In this document: piece after piece, positions 18,852-31,353 of the stretch | Numbering within the stretch: position 1 is the stretch's first letter | How the letters are laid out: each line of letters begins with the position of its first letter | Source: Marsupella aquatica | Taxonomy: Eukaryota; Plantae; Marchantiophyta | Length of the DNA: 64,000 bases | NCBI GenBank assembly: GCA_973895155.1 | Contig: OZ316898.1 | Span: 6,559,079-6,623,078 of the forward strand | Direction of reading: 5' to 3' | Notes under the pieces: model-generated | What the model was told of the DNA's origin: nothing | What the model saw: the letters and a program-made list of their open reading frames with translations, nothing else | The model's database searches: none | Made by a program: the position numbers and the translations under genes

Positions 18852-20574
18852 TGACGGGGACGTGGAGGGACGCTATATGGATCAATTTCCTACTAAGGAT
18901 GGATGAGTAGATTCGTTTCCGCTCCCGGAAATGTATTTTTTGATCAAGTCTACCGACTATACGTACTCTACTTTTGATCAAGTCCCGTGGACTACCTTGT
19001 TTCTACTCCTCCTGGCCTTTGGCAAAGTGCTGTCACCACTTTCCCACTCACAGGGTCGACCAAGCCATGTAAATTTCTCTAAATACTCATACTAGGGGAA
19101 GAACACAATCGTGCAACCAAGAGAGAGAACAACACACAAGAAGTCATGAGAATCCAACCGAATCCATATCTATTAGTGGCCAAAGTAACACATTGCATGG
19201 GCAACCCGGTCTCCTACCGTCTACCCAACTCCTGCCTCACGGGACAATGAGCCCTCTCCACCTCAATACTCCGGATCAATTCCCTACTCTTGTTGAGGGC
19301 TAATCCTCACAAAAATAACACTATTTGACTGAGTTCCCCCTGCTCCTACCGGGGGCTGCAGGTTAAATACTGAAAACAACAATGCGTGAATCACACAAGC
19401 TCTAGGGTGTGGCGGCGGCCACTGCCCTGGCTGGCCGCCATCCCTGACGGCGCCTCTAACCTAAAAGTTTTCTACACATGCGGCACACACATGCACTCCT
19501 AACCCTATTGCTACCTAAGTGAGGCCAACGGTGCCTTCGTCGGTCATCACATCAACCAAAAAAAACTAGACTAATGTCCTATGTAGGCCATGGCCTACCT
19601 TCCTACTACGGGGCGGCCAACGCCTTCCACTACTCTGGGCATGGAAATAGCTGAAAGTAGAAGTTTCTCGAAATCTGGTCCTGAGAAATTTTCTGAGTAG
19701 CCACGGCCTTCCTGATCGTAACCCCGAAAATGGCTCCCAAAACGGACATCAGACGCCCGAGATATGGCCTACCGAGTCTCAAATCCTACCATGGCCAGCG
19801 TCACGTCCAAATCGTCCGTACGGTCCCGGCCCCCCATCACGACATCAAATTGAGGTACCCTGGCCATGGCCACATGCCCTGACTTGGCCGGGTCACCCTC
19901 CTGAAGTCCGTACGGCGTCGAACTCTCATTTTTCACAAAAACGCTCCGGTCTGTATCTCTCTCATTTTATCTCCGTTTGAGGCGTGTCTTACATCATTAG
20001 ATTCAGCTCGACGAGCTCCTTCCAATAAGCCCATGAGTTCTTGATTCTGAGAAGATTGAAAATTTCAACTTTTGTGTGGCCAAGGTCCGTACGGCTCCCG
20101 CACTAATTGTCATTTGACTACTTGCTTGTAGTAAGATCCTCATCTATGGATTGGCCACTGGAACCCACACTGTCCTCCTGGCCGGGGTCTCATTGGGCTT
20201 GGCCTCCGGTGGCCAGGGCCTCTCCCCTCAGGCCGCCTTACTGTTGGCCAACACCCTCCTTGGCCGGCTTGCTGCCTTGCAGGCCGCCTGCCACCCAGGT
20301 CAGTTTCTTCCTCCTTGACCGGCTTGTTGTTTGGCCGGCACTCTATTGGTTGGCCGACACCCAAAAGTGATGCTTGGCCACTCTCGCCTTTCGACCCGGC
20401 CCCCATTACGTTAATACTAGGGCCGCTTAAAAATAAAAAGATAGGAATCCCCCAACGCCTACATGGAAGGGCATTAGGGTACATGCCTTGTCTTGCCCCG
20501 GCCAGTGGCCAACCCCCCCTTATCCTGAGGCTTGGCCGACAACTAAAATTAAGAGGACATAAAAACCATCAACA
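18852..20574 (-). mobile_element. LTR-like retroelement remnant (possible solo LTR)
   Basis: The minus strand starts TGTTGATGG and ends ..CCCCGTCA. It has a ggcc-rich half, an LTR-like gtgtgttgttctctctc segment and no coding ORF. No TSD found. Confidence 0.4.
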
Positions 20575-23500
20575 CTCACCTCATCTTATTGTACGTAAAC
20601 TATCTTTGGCGAGGTTGTAAGAGAACAAAAGCAAAAAAAACTTGACACAAATCTATTTATTTACATGTGTGCGTCACTACTACCCTTTAAAATCATTCCT
20701 TGGGACCATTGGCCCCGTCACAGTTATTAACATAAGAAATCCCTGGTTTAGACTCCATTGGTTTTCCATCCATTTTTTAAATTTTACTTCCATCACCCGA
20801 CAAGCATGTTGTCGAGAATGCCTCACAATTGCATTGGCCGTGGAGAATGGTTGCGGGAAGTAGCAACACAGGATTTGGCCTGAGTATTTGCCCTACTCCA
20901 CATCCTCTATTGTCACCACATGAAACTATGTTGCATTCAATTTCTTCTCATCCTAGGCTTTCAGATTGAGTTCTCATCCCAGCCTTTCAGATCACATACA
21001 CTGGTTGCAATGTCAAGTTTTGGCTGCAAATTCTGGATACATTGTGAGCTGCAAATGTGAGAACTGATTGAAGGACTGCGTTCCCCGGGAACATTGGCTG
21101 TAAAATCTGATGTCGTGCATGGACAATTGTCGATACACTGTGTTTCGACAGCCACAGACCTTTGCTTCCCTGATGATTACCAGTGCCACGTCTAATTAAA
21201 CAATCTTTAATTCTATGATTTCTCAGCACACGGATTGCCAAAAGAACTGTCTCGGTCGCTGCACTGTGGGGATAATCGATTTGCAAGCAGCAAGTAAAAG
21301 CAAAATTAGAATTCTGTGAGTGAGAACTGAGTTTTTTGCACCCCCTTCACCAACTCTTCAAGCAGCTGGAAAATATAAGCAAAGACTGAGAGAAGTGAAG
21401 GAAGTCTATAGAGCTTTTCCTTTCCTCAAATTTGAACCCCATTTGAACTGAGAAATAATGAACTCATTGCGAGTTGGACAATTGAATTGCATGCAAGGAG
21501 AGAGAGACTGTAAAATGAATAATTGAATGAATGTTTGCACGAGGTCATCCAAGCAAAAGAAGAAAATGTATACAAACAACAAGGAAGTAAACTCAGTTGA
21601 GTGTTTTTGCACGAAGCGCAATTCTTCCTAGTGAGCTGAAGATCCAAGCAGTCCATTTCTTTGGAAGTAGGTACAGTCTTTGGAATTCCCTAAACCGTCA
21701 AGGATGTTGTGTTAGTCTGATGTTGAGTTAGTCTCTAAAGGCCTGTAGTGTAGGTGCCCACGGTTGAAGAAGCACCAACGGTGTTTGGACACAATGACAC
21801 CCCTAGACATGGTTCGCAATTCTGTCGAGGATTTTCTCTTTGCTTGTCCTACAATTTGTACCAAGTGTTATCCAAGCAGAGTGGCACTAACAATCATAGG
21901 CAGAAAAGAGTGCAAAAAAAGATACTTAATGTAAGTTGGTGAAGCAAGAAATTAATGGAAAAAGGTGAGAAAATGAGTTGTGGGTGGAGAGGAGAGGTAC
22001 AAGTTTCCACCAAAGTAGGTTTGCGCTCTCGTCCACATCCCCACCCAAAATATTGCTTTCTCTATCCTTATGTCGAGATTGTGGGTAAAAACAAACTCTG
22101 GAAAACACACACTAAACACACAAAAGGGAAAATATGACCAAATGTTTTTCTAGGCAAAATTGAGAACTTGCCAAACCATTTGGACTGGGAACACCCAATT
22201 TTTGGTCTCTTGTCTTTAAACATACATTAGGAAAAACATATGGAATACACCTCCCCACCAACTTTCAAAATACTTATTTAAAATTCCAAAGAGAGACAGG
22301 GAAACTAAAGCCCAAATGGACCTCCACTTTGTACATGAAGCCCAACTGGACTGGCAAAACTTGGATGGACTTGCTCAGAACATTTAAATTGACTTAGATA
22401 ATATTTACACTTTTGACTGAAAATGTGACCTGTAAACGGGCTCCTAACCGTTCGCAGTTAATTTCAATTACATTACGAAACTAGTCTACTCAATAACTTG
22501 AAGACCTTGAACCTCAAAGACGTCAAGATGTCATGTCAATACTCAAGAACACCCATTTCAATTGACACACATGAAAATTTCTAACTGTAAAGTGAAGTCA
22601 TGATTTAGAATATTTGACCATTTTTGTGTTGATTGGAAATGAAGCAAATGATTTAAGAAAAGTCTCAAACTTTGTCAAGCAATAGATTGGACATCAGACC
22701 GAGGTCATGCAACATTTATGCTTAAACATAGATCTAGAAGTTCTTCAAATAAATCAGCCCAATCTGCCAAATTCAAAGGTAAGGCTACATCGCTAACAGT
22801 TGATGACTTTGACGACCCTATACTAGAGTAAGTTGTCAAGACGTCAATCATGCACATTGTGAAAATGCTCTCTGTCCTTGTGAAGTTCATGATGTCTAGA
22901 CAATTTTCTTAAGCGGTAGGCTCAAATCCGTGATATGGGAGCAGTGGAGTGACGCAAATGTTTTCAATCACATTTTTCATTAATCCATTTTGCTTGGTTT
23001 CAATCGGACTGAGATTGGGGCTTCAAGACAAAGCACCTCCATTCGTTTTTGGTAACATTGTTGAGCCATTAAATTGAGTTGAGGTCAAATCCTTAAAATG
23101 TGATGACATCTTTATTGCTTTCTCCCCCTCTTTTTCCCCAAGGTAGTTAAAGTCATCAACTACAATATAGAACCAGTTACTTCTTCTTTTTGGTGTAAGT
23201 GGCAATTGCTTTACCCAGTCCAATGGGATGGGCAGGGACAATGCCTCATTCCATTTGGGCTTTTAAGTAATTAGTCGAAAAGTCCATAATTACACAGAAA
23301 CGATGCCTGGATAAACCCCTAGGTTTGTCAAAATGCTCCCATGGATTTTTGCAACTCAGATGGACCGCATTGTACTCACAATGTGGCAGGGAATATTTTC
23401 AATTAGTCCATCTCAATTGTATGGTTTCTGTCTACGGTCCATGGGAGCATCATTTTCTAATTACACGGATCAAAGTGAATTATGAATTGAGTCCCACCCC

Positions 23501-24867
23501 TCTTGATACCATACAGTACTTTATTTGTCCACCATTTTTAGTTAATGCTGTTGCACATATTTGATTTGTCATTTTCTTCAATTGTTAGGAATTTGGAAGT
23601 GTTGCATTGGCCCCTCCCACTTGTGTGAGTTCATGCATGTCTTTGCTTGTTACCTATGGTCCCCTTTAACTTTTCTTTCATGAATCCAACTATCTTAATT
23701 ATTCATATGATATATCCAATGGCTACAAAAAAATCCTGCCTTTATTAGAAATGGCAGGATACCATATTTAGTAGTTGATTTGTTTATTGTACCAGAGTAG
23801 AAGGTAGGCATAATCATTTTGTACATGCCAAGAAGTTACTATTCTTCTTTTCAAAATTGTAGCAAAATGCCATAGGATTTCTCTATATTTTATTGTGAAA
23901 TGTGTGGGTTGGATGCTGTCAATTGTTATTGATATCCTCCATTGAAGCTTTGTAGCAACTACAGCCAAACTTCAAAGTTGCCACTTTCTTTGTGGAGTAT
24001 AGTGGCAACTGTGCACAATTTGATGGAGCAAATTTTGACAAAGTGTAAAATGGAGTTGTCATGGCAAGTTTGAGAGACGCTTTTTGGCTCAGTCCTTTGT
24101 GGCCATTCTATGATAATGAATTGGTCAATCAAGCTTTTAGGTCAAACAATGGTGGTCTATCAAAATAAGCTTCTACCATGGGCCCATGCTCACATGCTAT
24201 GCAAGGGATCTGCACCCTTGCGGTAGGCTCTAATATGTCTTGTCACATGCTTGGAGAGAGTCAACCAGCATATATGAATGTTCTCATTGTAAATCTAGTT
24301 TCTACTCTAGACATTTAGACACCGATCATTAGTACCTGGTTCTCTAGGGGTCTCCCTATATAGAAGGCCCCTGTCACTTGCTACGGTTTGAAGCCTTGGA
24401 TCCCCTTGAATGTAACTATTTTTATAAAAAGATCCATATAAGGTTGGAATATTCATGGAATATCTCAACCTTTTTTTATTAAAGAGATACTAATGTTCAT
24501 ACAAGACTCAAAATTGGATTTAAAAGACCCTCATGTTTTTCCAAGAAAATTTTGAAGCCATCCCTTACAACCAATAAAATAATCATATGCTTTGTCGCAC
24601 ATGATGTCCCAATTCTGTGGTAGTGAAACCCCCAAGACCAAGCTTTACATCATCTATTTTCTTTGTAATTTTGGACTCAATTTTGGTTTCATACAACTTC
24701 TTTATTTGGGAGGTCTAACATTATGAAGGAACATTCATATTAAAACATTATGCCTTGTCATATATACTATGTAGTCCCTTGTCAGTCTCACATCCAAATA
24801 TCTCACATCCAAATATGCCTTATCACATGTGCTACATCATCATGGCACCAACCATTCTCTTGGGGCT

Positions 24868-26696
24868 AGTCGCGGAACTCGATTACCTTAACACTTAGCT
24901 CCGGCGTCGCTGACTCCGACGCCGAGCTCCCTTATGGTCCAGGCCCGGATAGTCCATCCGGGGAGGACTTAGCATGGGGAGACTTGGGGGCAATGAGACG
25001 TGGCACTAGCGAGGCAAGGGGCCAAGCTGAGGACACACACTAAGGACTTGGACTAGCCTATGGATGGTTGGGTCAAGGGGAAATGGGCCGGGCTCAAGGG
25101 TGGCCGTCTGGACCATTGGATGGGCTTTGAGTTATGAGGGCTTGGGAGTGAGCTCCTCTTGGGCCCAAGGCCCATGAAGTTGTTGCCATTGGCAACAAAC
25201 GCTTGGGGCGCGAGTTGTGGCCCGATCCGGGTTGGGGCGATCGGGGGCCCCGAGCGGCGAACAGACCCGAGGGCCTAGGCAGGAGCACTGGGTCGGCCCG
25301 GTCACAACGGGCTAAGGCACTTCGCTTGCGGATGCCTATCAAGAAAGTTATGGGTGTTGCCAGTTGGTGGCGCGCCCATTATGCGCGATGGGATCCGGGT
25401 TGGGGGCCAAACGTTTAGGGACCAAAGCTGGTCCGGGGGTGGTAGGTCCCCAGAAGCATATATGAGGGGAGTGGTGTCTCCCTGGGGGCTAAGGGCGAGC
25501 CGAAGTCGTGAGCCGCGACGGTCGCGACACTAAAGGAAACCGTCAAACGGAAATGACAATATCTTCCCAACGGGAAGTCTGTTGGAGGACTTCTTAGGTG
25601 CGTTGGAAAGCTCTTGAGGAAGGCTATGCCCTCTTGAGCTCAGCTGGGTCTGGGAGTGCCATGGGTTCTCATGGTTTGCGGGTGTTAGCTCGCCCGTTTG
25701 CCAAACCTTGTCGAACAGCAGCCAAGCCGCGTTCAGCCTCCCAAGGGAGCTTGCGTTGGGGAGGCAAGGCCAAGTAGGTATGGAGGCTGAGTCCCAAGGG
25801 CGCTCGGTCCCTAGACCATCAGTGGGGTGAACCAAAGTCGGTGTTAGAGTCGGGGTCGTTCTGGTCCCGGCGTGTTGAGACAAGCTTGGGACAAGCTTTA
25901 GGACAAGCTACGCTATTTGGGCCATGAGCATGTCCTGAGGTCAGGGCGGTCAGTTGGTGATGGATAGGTACAAGGGGGAACCCGGGCCGCACTGTTAAGG
26001 ATTGCTCTTAGTCTTGTGACTCATAGGTTACGGCACTTAGGCTAACCACAGTTAGGATCTTAGCTGAGGTTAGATTAGTCGTGTGTGACCTTGTATATAC
26101 CAGGGCTAGTGTAAGCCGCTGGAGTGTGGTGCTTACTCATTGTAACGGAGCAACTTGAGGAAGAGGGAGAGCATGTGTGTTCGTTTACTCTTGAAGTAAA
26201 GCTTGAGTGTTCGTGTGGACGTAGCCTTGGAGAAGAGGTGAACCACGTAGAGATTGTGTCGACTACGTGTGCATGAATAAGTCATGGTTGTATGGTCGTT
26301 GCGAATGACGTCTTAGTTCAACACGCACCCAAGGAAGGAGCTATCCTGGACGGACAGTGGGCGTGGGTTCTGGTTCCGGCTTATGGCATCGGAAGGACCT
26401 ATCGCTGACCTATTTACCAACATATGTTGAGCTTGAGTTAGGATGCTAGACTGGGCGAGTTCTAGATCCGAAGGGGTTACTTACCGAGGTATTTGGTTGC
26501 TTGTGCAGACAGTGAGGACCGTTGAGTAGCGGTCGTGTAGGTGAGCAAGTGCGGCTTCGTATGGGAGTGGCCGCTGGTGGTGCTAGAGGCACTTGGATGC
26601 TTGCTCAAAGTATTCCGTGGAGGCGTTCGGGCACCAAGGGCACTTAGGCGCAAGTGCTGGGATTGGTGAGGGTGCTGGGTGGCAAGGTCCACTACT
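24868..26696 (+). mobile_element. Solo-LTR-like element, copy 1 (AGT...ACT termini, 5-bp TSD GGGCT)
   Basis: GGGCT at 24863-24867 and 26697-26701. The ends AGTCGCGGA..TCCACTACT are imperfectly inverted. It contains a plant-LTR-like gtggacgtag..gaaccacgta motif and is collinear with 27429-29081. Confidence 0.7.
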
Positions 26697-27428
26697 GGGC
26701 TCCTGATATTTTGAACACTATTCTGGCCTGATTATATTTACTAGAGTCTCGACTAGAGTATGTTAAATTATCACTATGGCACTCTCTATTTCCAACGGGT
26801 CAATGTGCATTGGAGAAAACTGTTGTTTCTCCATAGCCCTTACTAGCCAAAGGATTTGCTACCTGCTTCCCTCTACAAATTAAAACGTGAGGGAGGGGGG
26901 ACAAGTTGCACAAAGAAAGAATAAGTCTTATTGTGAAAGTTGGGCAAAGAGATCCCATACAACCAAGAGTGATGTTGAGGGAGTTCTTCTGAAAAGTGTA
27001 ATTGTGGAAAGAAAACAAGCAAAGTTCACCACGTGTTTCTAAAAGCTGGGGGGGTTAGGGCATCTCCAACAGTTTGGAGATTTTCACTTGCTACTTGGAA
27101 AGTTTATAGGCACGATGCTTGGCTGGAATTTTTGCCTGTCCGGTCTTTGAAAGTCTATCTCCAACAATGACCCCCTGAAAATAGAGCCCCATTTGCTAAG
27201 TGTGCAACTTCAAATTGTCATTGTAATAGTTTAAAAAGCAACGTGGTAGGGAGAAACCACTGATCGCTTTGGGGGATGGGAAAGTCCTATTGCGCCCACT
27301 TTGGGAGACAAATGTGGAGGTCAAGTCATCACCTTGCAATGTCAAATCCCTATATATTTAGTGACAGGATACCATTGAGATACTAGCCTGCCCAAAATGA
27401 CTACTCTTGTGGAGGTATAGTGAATATG

Positions 27429-29081
27429 AGGGGCCGTCTGGGACTTAAGCTGGTGACACACACTAGGACTTAGACTAGCATGGAGTTGGTTGGGTCATAG
27501 GAAGGGCCGGGCTCAGGGTGGACTGTCCGGACCCCCAGACGGACTTTGAGTTGTGAGGACTTGAGTGGGAGCTCCTCTTGGGCCCAAGGCTAAAAGCATT
27601 TACTTCATGCGCAACAAATATTTGGCGCATAAAATACGGCGCGACCCAGGTGGGGCCATCCAGGACCCCCAACTAATGACAGGGTTCTGAGGGCCAAGGC
27701 ATGAGCACTAGGTCGGCCCGATCACAACGGGCTAAGGCACTTCACTTACAACATTTAGCTAGAAAAGTATGGACATAGCAAGCTAGTTGCATGTCCATGC
27801 GTGTGGGTTGGAGTCCAGGTTGAGGGCCAAATATAGGAGACCAAAGCCGGTCTGGGGGTGACAAGTCTCCAAAAGCATATATGAGGGGAATGATGTCTCC
27901 CTAGGGGCCAAGGGTGAGCCCAAGTCGTGAGCCATGACGGTCGCGACACTAAAGAGAAATGGCAAAAGGAAATGACGATAATTTCTCAACGCGAAGGCCA
28001 TTGGAGGATTTCTTGGATGCGTTGGAAAGCTTTTGAGGAGGACTACATACTCCTGAGTTCAGCTTGGCCTAGGGGTGCCTTTGGGTCTTGAGATTTGTGG
28101 GGGCTATCTTGCACGCTTGCCAAATCATGCCGAAACAACAACCAATCCACGTTTAGTTTCCCATTGGAGCTTGCATTGGGGAGGCAATGTAGAGTAGTCA
28201 CGGCTCGGGGGGTTGACTATCAAAAATCTTAGGAACCACGTGCAATCCAAAATAGGTATTTTTGATAGAAATGAACTAAATATTTAAAAAGCGTAGGAGG
28301 CAAAAGAAGGTATTATAAACTCATGTTTATAGAATATTCTCTAATATATACCTTTTAAAAAGTAAAATAGGTTATTAATATTGAAAATGGAGAATATTTT
28401 TGAAATGTTTTCTTTATAAAACAGGTCTATTTATATTTGGCTAGGATCGCACGTGGTACCCCAAAATATACACTTAGTTAACCCCCCAAGAGTCACGGGT
28501 GTTGAGGTCCAAGTGCATTTGGCCCCTAGACTCTTAGTTGGGTGGAACCTTAGAGATGGTTGCTATAGTTGTGGCCGAACTGGTCCTGACGTTTCAATAC
28601 AAGCTTGGGAAAAGCATCGGGACAAGCTAGCTTATTTTGGTCCTGAGCATGTCCTGGGGGTAGGGCGGTTAGTGACAAATAGGAAGTGGGAAAGCACGGG
28701 CAACTTCCATAGACGGGCTGTTCTGGACCAATAGTGGGTGTCAGCTCTGGCTTCGACTTTGGGCAAGGCCATGCGGGCCTAGGAGGTTCTGTTCGCTAAT
28801 CTACTTACCAAGGTCTGTTGAGCTTGAGTTGAGACACTAGTCTTGGAGTCCCTAGATCCTACGGGGTTACTTACCAAGGTGTTGGTTGCTTGTGCAAATA
28901 GTGAGGATGGTTGAGCGACGGTTGTGTTAGGGAGCAAGTGTGGCTTCTTATGGGAGTTGTCGCCGAAGGTGCTAGAGGTTCCAAGTTGCTTGCTCACAGA
29001 CGTGTAGACGTTCGGACAGCAAGGGCATTTAGGCGAGGGTGCTGGGATTGGTAGGGGCGTTGGGTGGCTAGGTCCACCACT
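27429..29081 (+). mobile_element. Solo-LTR-like element, copy 2 of the same family (AG...ACT termini, 5-bp TSD ATATG), internally deleted and interrupted by a MITE
   Basis: ATATG at 27424-27428 and 29082-29086. Clear homology with copy 1, e.g. gacggtcgcgacactaaag, cacaacgggctaaggcactt and gctgggattggt..ggtccac. Confidence 0.7.
28204..28490. mobile_element. MITE, 287 bp, with 16-bp TIRs and an 8-bp TSD
   Basis: TIRs CTCGGGGGGTTGACTA / TAGTTAACCCCCCAAG (2 mismatches). Inner inverted match accacgtgcaatcc / ggatcgcacgtggt. AT-rich core. TSD AGTCACGG at 28196-28203 and 28491-28498. Absent from the homologous site in copy 1. Confidence 0.85.
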
Positions 29082-29497
29082 ATATGGGGCAAGAAAGCAT
29101 CATGTTTGGAAATGCTCTAAGGGGGCCTTCACAAGAACGGGTGGGCCAGTTTCAGCCAAAATCTAGGCTTGGCCCCACAAATAGATTACATGTCCATACT
29201 CATAAGGACCCACCAACTGCCATGTAGGCTCAGGCTTGAGCTTAAATGGCCTCTATACTAATCAGGACCCACCAACTGACATGTAGGCTCAGGCTGAAAT
29301 TGAGCTGAAGTGGGCACCACAACTCTTCTACAGTCAAGAATGACAAGTCTTAAGAACCTAGGCTGTGGATGAAATTATGAAGATTAATGTCGGCCTAGAG
29401 TTATGAATGATCATTAGCACTGAAGTAACCCTTGGAATAAAATCTCAGTCTAGGACAAAAAGAAATGTCCATCTAGAGTGACCAACAAATGACCAGT

Positions 29498-29615
29498 CAC
29501 TAAACTAGCCAATGAGATTGTTATCTCAGTATATATTCACTAAACTAGCCAATGAGTTTGTTATCTCAGTATATATTCACTAAATTAGCCAATGAGATTG
29601 TTATCTCAATATATA
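29498..29615. repeat. Tandem repeat, 40-bp unit x3
   Basis: cactaaactagccaatgagattgttatctcagtatatatt occurs three times in tandem. Confidence 0.85.
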
Positions 29616-29879
29616 TCTCACACTGCCAAAGAACAAACTGGGAAATCCAAAGAATAACAAAATAAAGTGAGAGGAAACAAAAGGGGAAAAACTCCAAGGA
29701 CAGCATTTAAGACGCCCACAAACCTCAGAGTCCAATTTCTCTTTCTAGATCCCAAGTGAAGAACTGTTTAGTCATCCTTGTAAAGCTTATAATGCTACAA
29801 CTCTGTAGCCTGAAGGAACTCTCTGCAAGTTGCCTGGTTACCTCTACAGTTTACAGTAACCCATCTTTCGTCTTTCCAA

Positions 29880-30800
29880 AGAAGGAAAGAAGCATTCCAG
29901 TGTTGACCGCCGACGACTTTGGGAGAAACCCGACGAGTTTCCCTCTACCGGGGAAGGGGGGAGTTTCTCTGAACGAGAATCTTTCGGAAGGGTAATCTGT
30001 TGAAGGAAAGATCGAGCGTTTGACCGTCGACGAGTTTGGGAGAAATCCGACCATGTTCCCTAACCGGGGGAGTTTCTCTGGAGGAGGATCTTTCCGAAAG
30101 GTAACATGAAGAGGATTCCCGCACAGCCTTTCTTTCGCAAGGGTAATCTGGGAAGGACAGAAGAGCTCAAGTGTGTGAGCGTCGACTACTTTAGGAGAAA
30201 TCCGACGAGATTCCCACACCGGGGGAGTTTTTCTGGCGGGGGATCTTTTCGAAAGGTCCATAAAGAGGTTTCCTGCACAGCCTTTCTTTCGCAAGGGTAA
30301 TCTGGGAAGGAAAGAAGAGCTCAAGTGTTTTGAGCGTCGACTACTTTGGGAGAAATCCGACGAGATTCCCACACCGGGGGAGTTTTCTCTGGCGGGGGAT
30401 CTTTCCGAAAGGTCACGTAAAGAGGTTTCCTGCACAGCCTTTCTTTCGGAAGTGTAATATAACGAGCACAGACTTTCTTTCGGAAGGGTAATCTGGGAAG
30501 GAAAGAAGAGCTCGAGTGTTTGAGCGTCGGCGACTGTGGGAGAAAATCCGACGAGTTTCTCCGACCGGGGGAGAGTCTCTGGAGGGGGATATTTCCGAAG
30601 GATAACTTAAATGAGTTTCTCGGAGAGACTTTCTTTCGGAAGGGTAAGCTGGGAAGGAAAGAACAGTTCGGGCGTTTGAGCGTCGACCACGTTGGGAGAA
30701 AATCCGACGGGTTTCCCCGACCGGGAGAGTTTCTCTGGAGGAGGATCTTTCGGAAGGAGTTGCCAGCACGGACTTTCTTTCGGAAGGGTAATCTGGTGCA
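29880..30800. repeat. Degenerate tandem array (unit ~155 bp, ~6 copies) upstream of the golgin gene
   Basis: The core cgtcgac..tgggagaaatccgacgag..accggggg..tttctctgg..gatctttccgaa(a/g)g recurs near 29910, 30025, 30180, 30336, 30526 and 30681. Confidence 0.85.
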
Positions 30801-31353
30801 GATGCAGGGGAAAAAGCAAGACCGAAGAACGGAGTGAGGACTAAAAAAGCTTTTGGAGAAAGGCAGAGAGAGAGGAAAGCTCAGGAGCGCGAGAGGAGCG
30901 ATGATCGAGCGCAGATTGGAGGCAGGCGGATCGGTGAAGTGCGATGCAAAAAAGTAGCATTTGATGTCATCGATTCAAGGACGAGTAGCAACGGATCTTC
31001 TTTCTCTTCACGGGCTCCTAGCAGAACTCCTATTTGGTTCTAAGTTGTCCCCTCCACGAAACCGGTATTTGCTCTCTCTATCTATCTGGACTGCGTCCGC
31101 TGCATTTGATCTGATCTCTTGAAACGGAAAGGCCCAGCTCCGACCGATCGAGTGGCGAATTGCTGGTGGCATGAGGGTGTGCCCATGCCAATGCCTTTGG
31201 TGGTGGTCGTCGTTGTGCCATTGCTGCCGGCGAACAGGCTGATCGGTGTGGAGGTAATGCCCGGGACGGTGTCGTGATTAGTGGGTTTCGAATGCCCCCG
31301 GAGAGTAGCGGTTCCAACCCTGCCTGACGGGAGACGAGGAGCGAGGGGCAACG

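Noticed and set aside
20700-24300. Possible decayed coding sequence on the minus strand
   Set aside because: Many stops and no motif I could recognise; probably an old TE remnant but not supportable.
29851-30837. ORFs of 105-194 aa in the tandem array
   Set aside because: By-products of repeated sequence, open on both strands, with no domain motifs.
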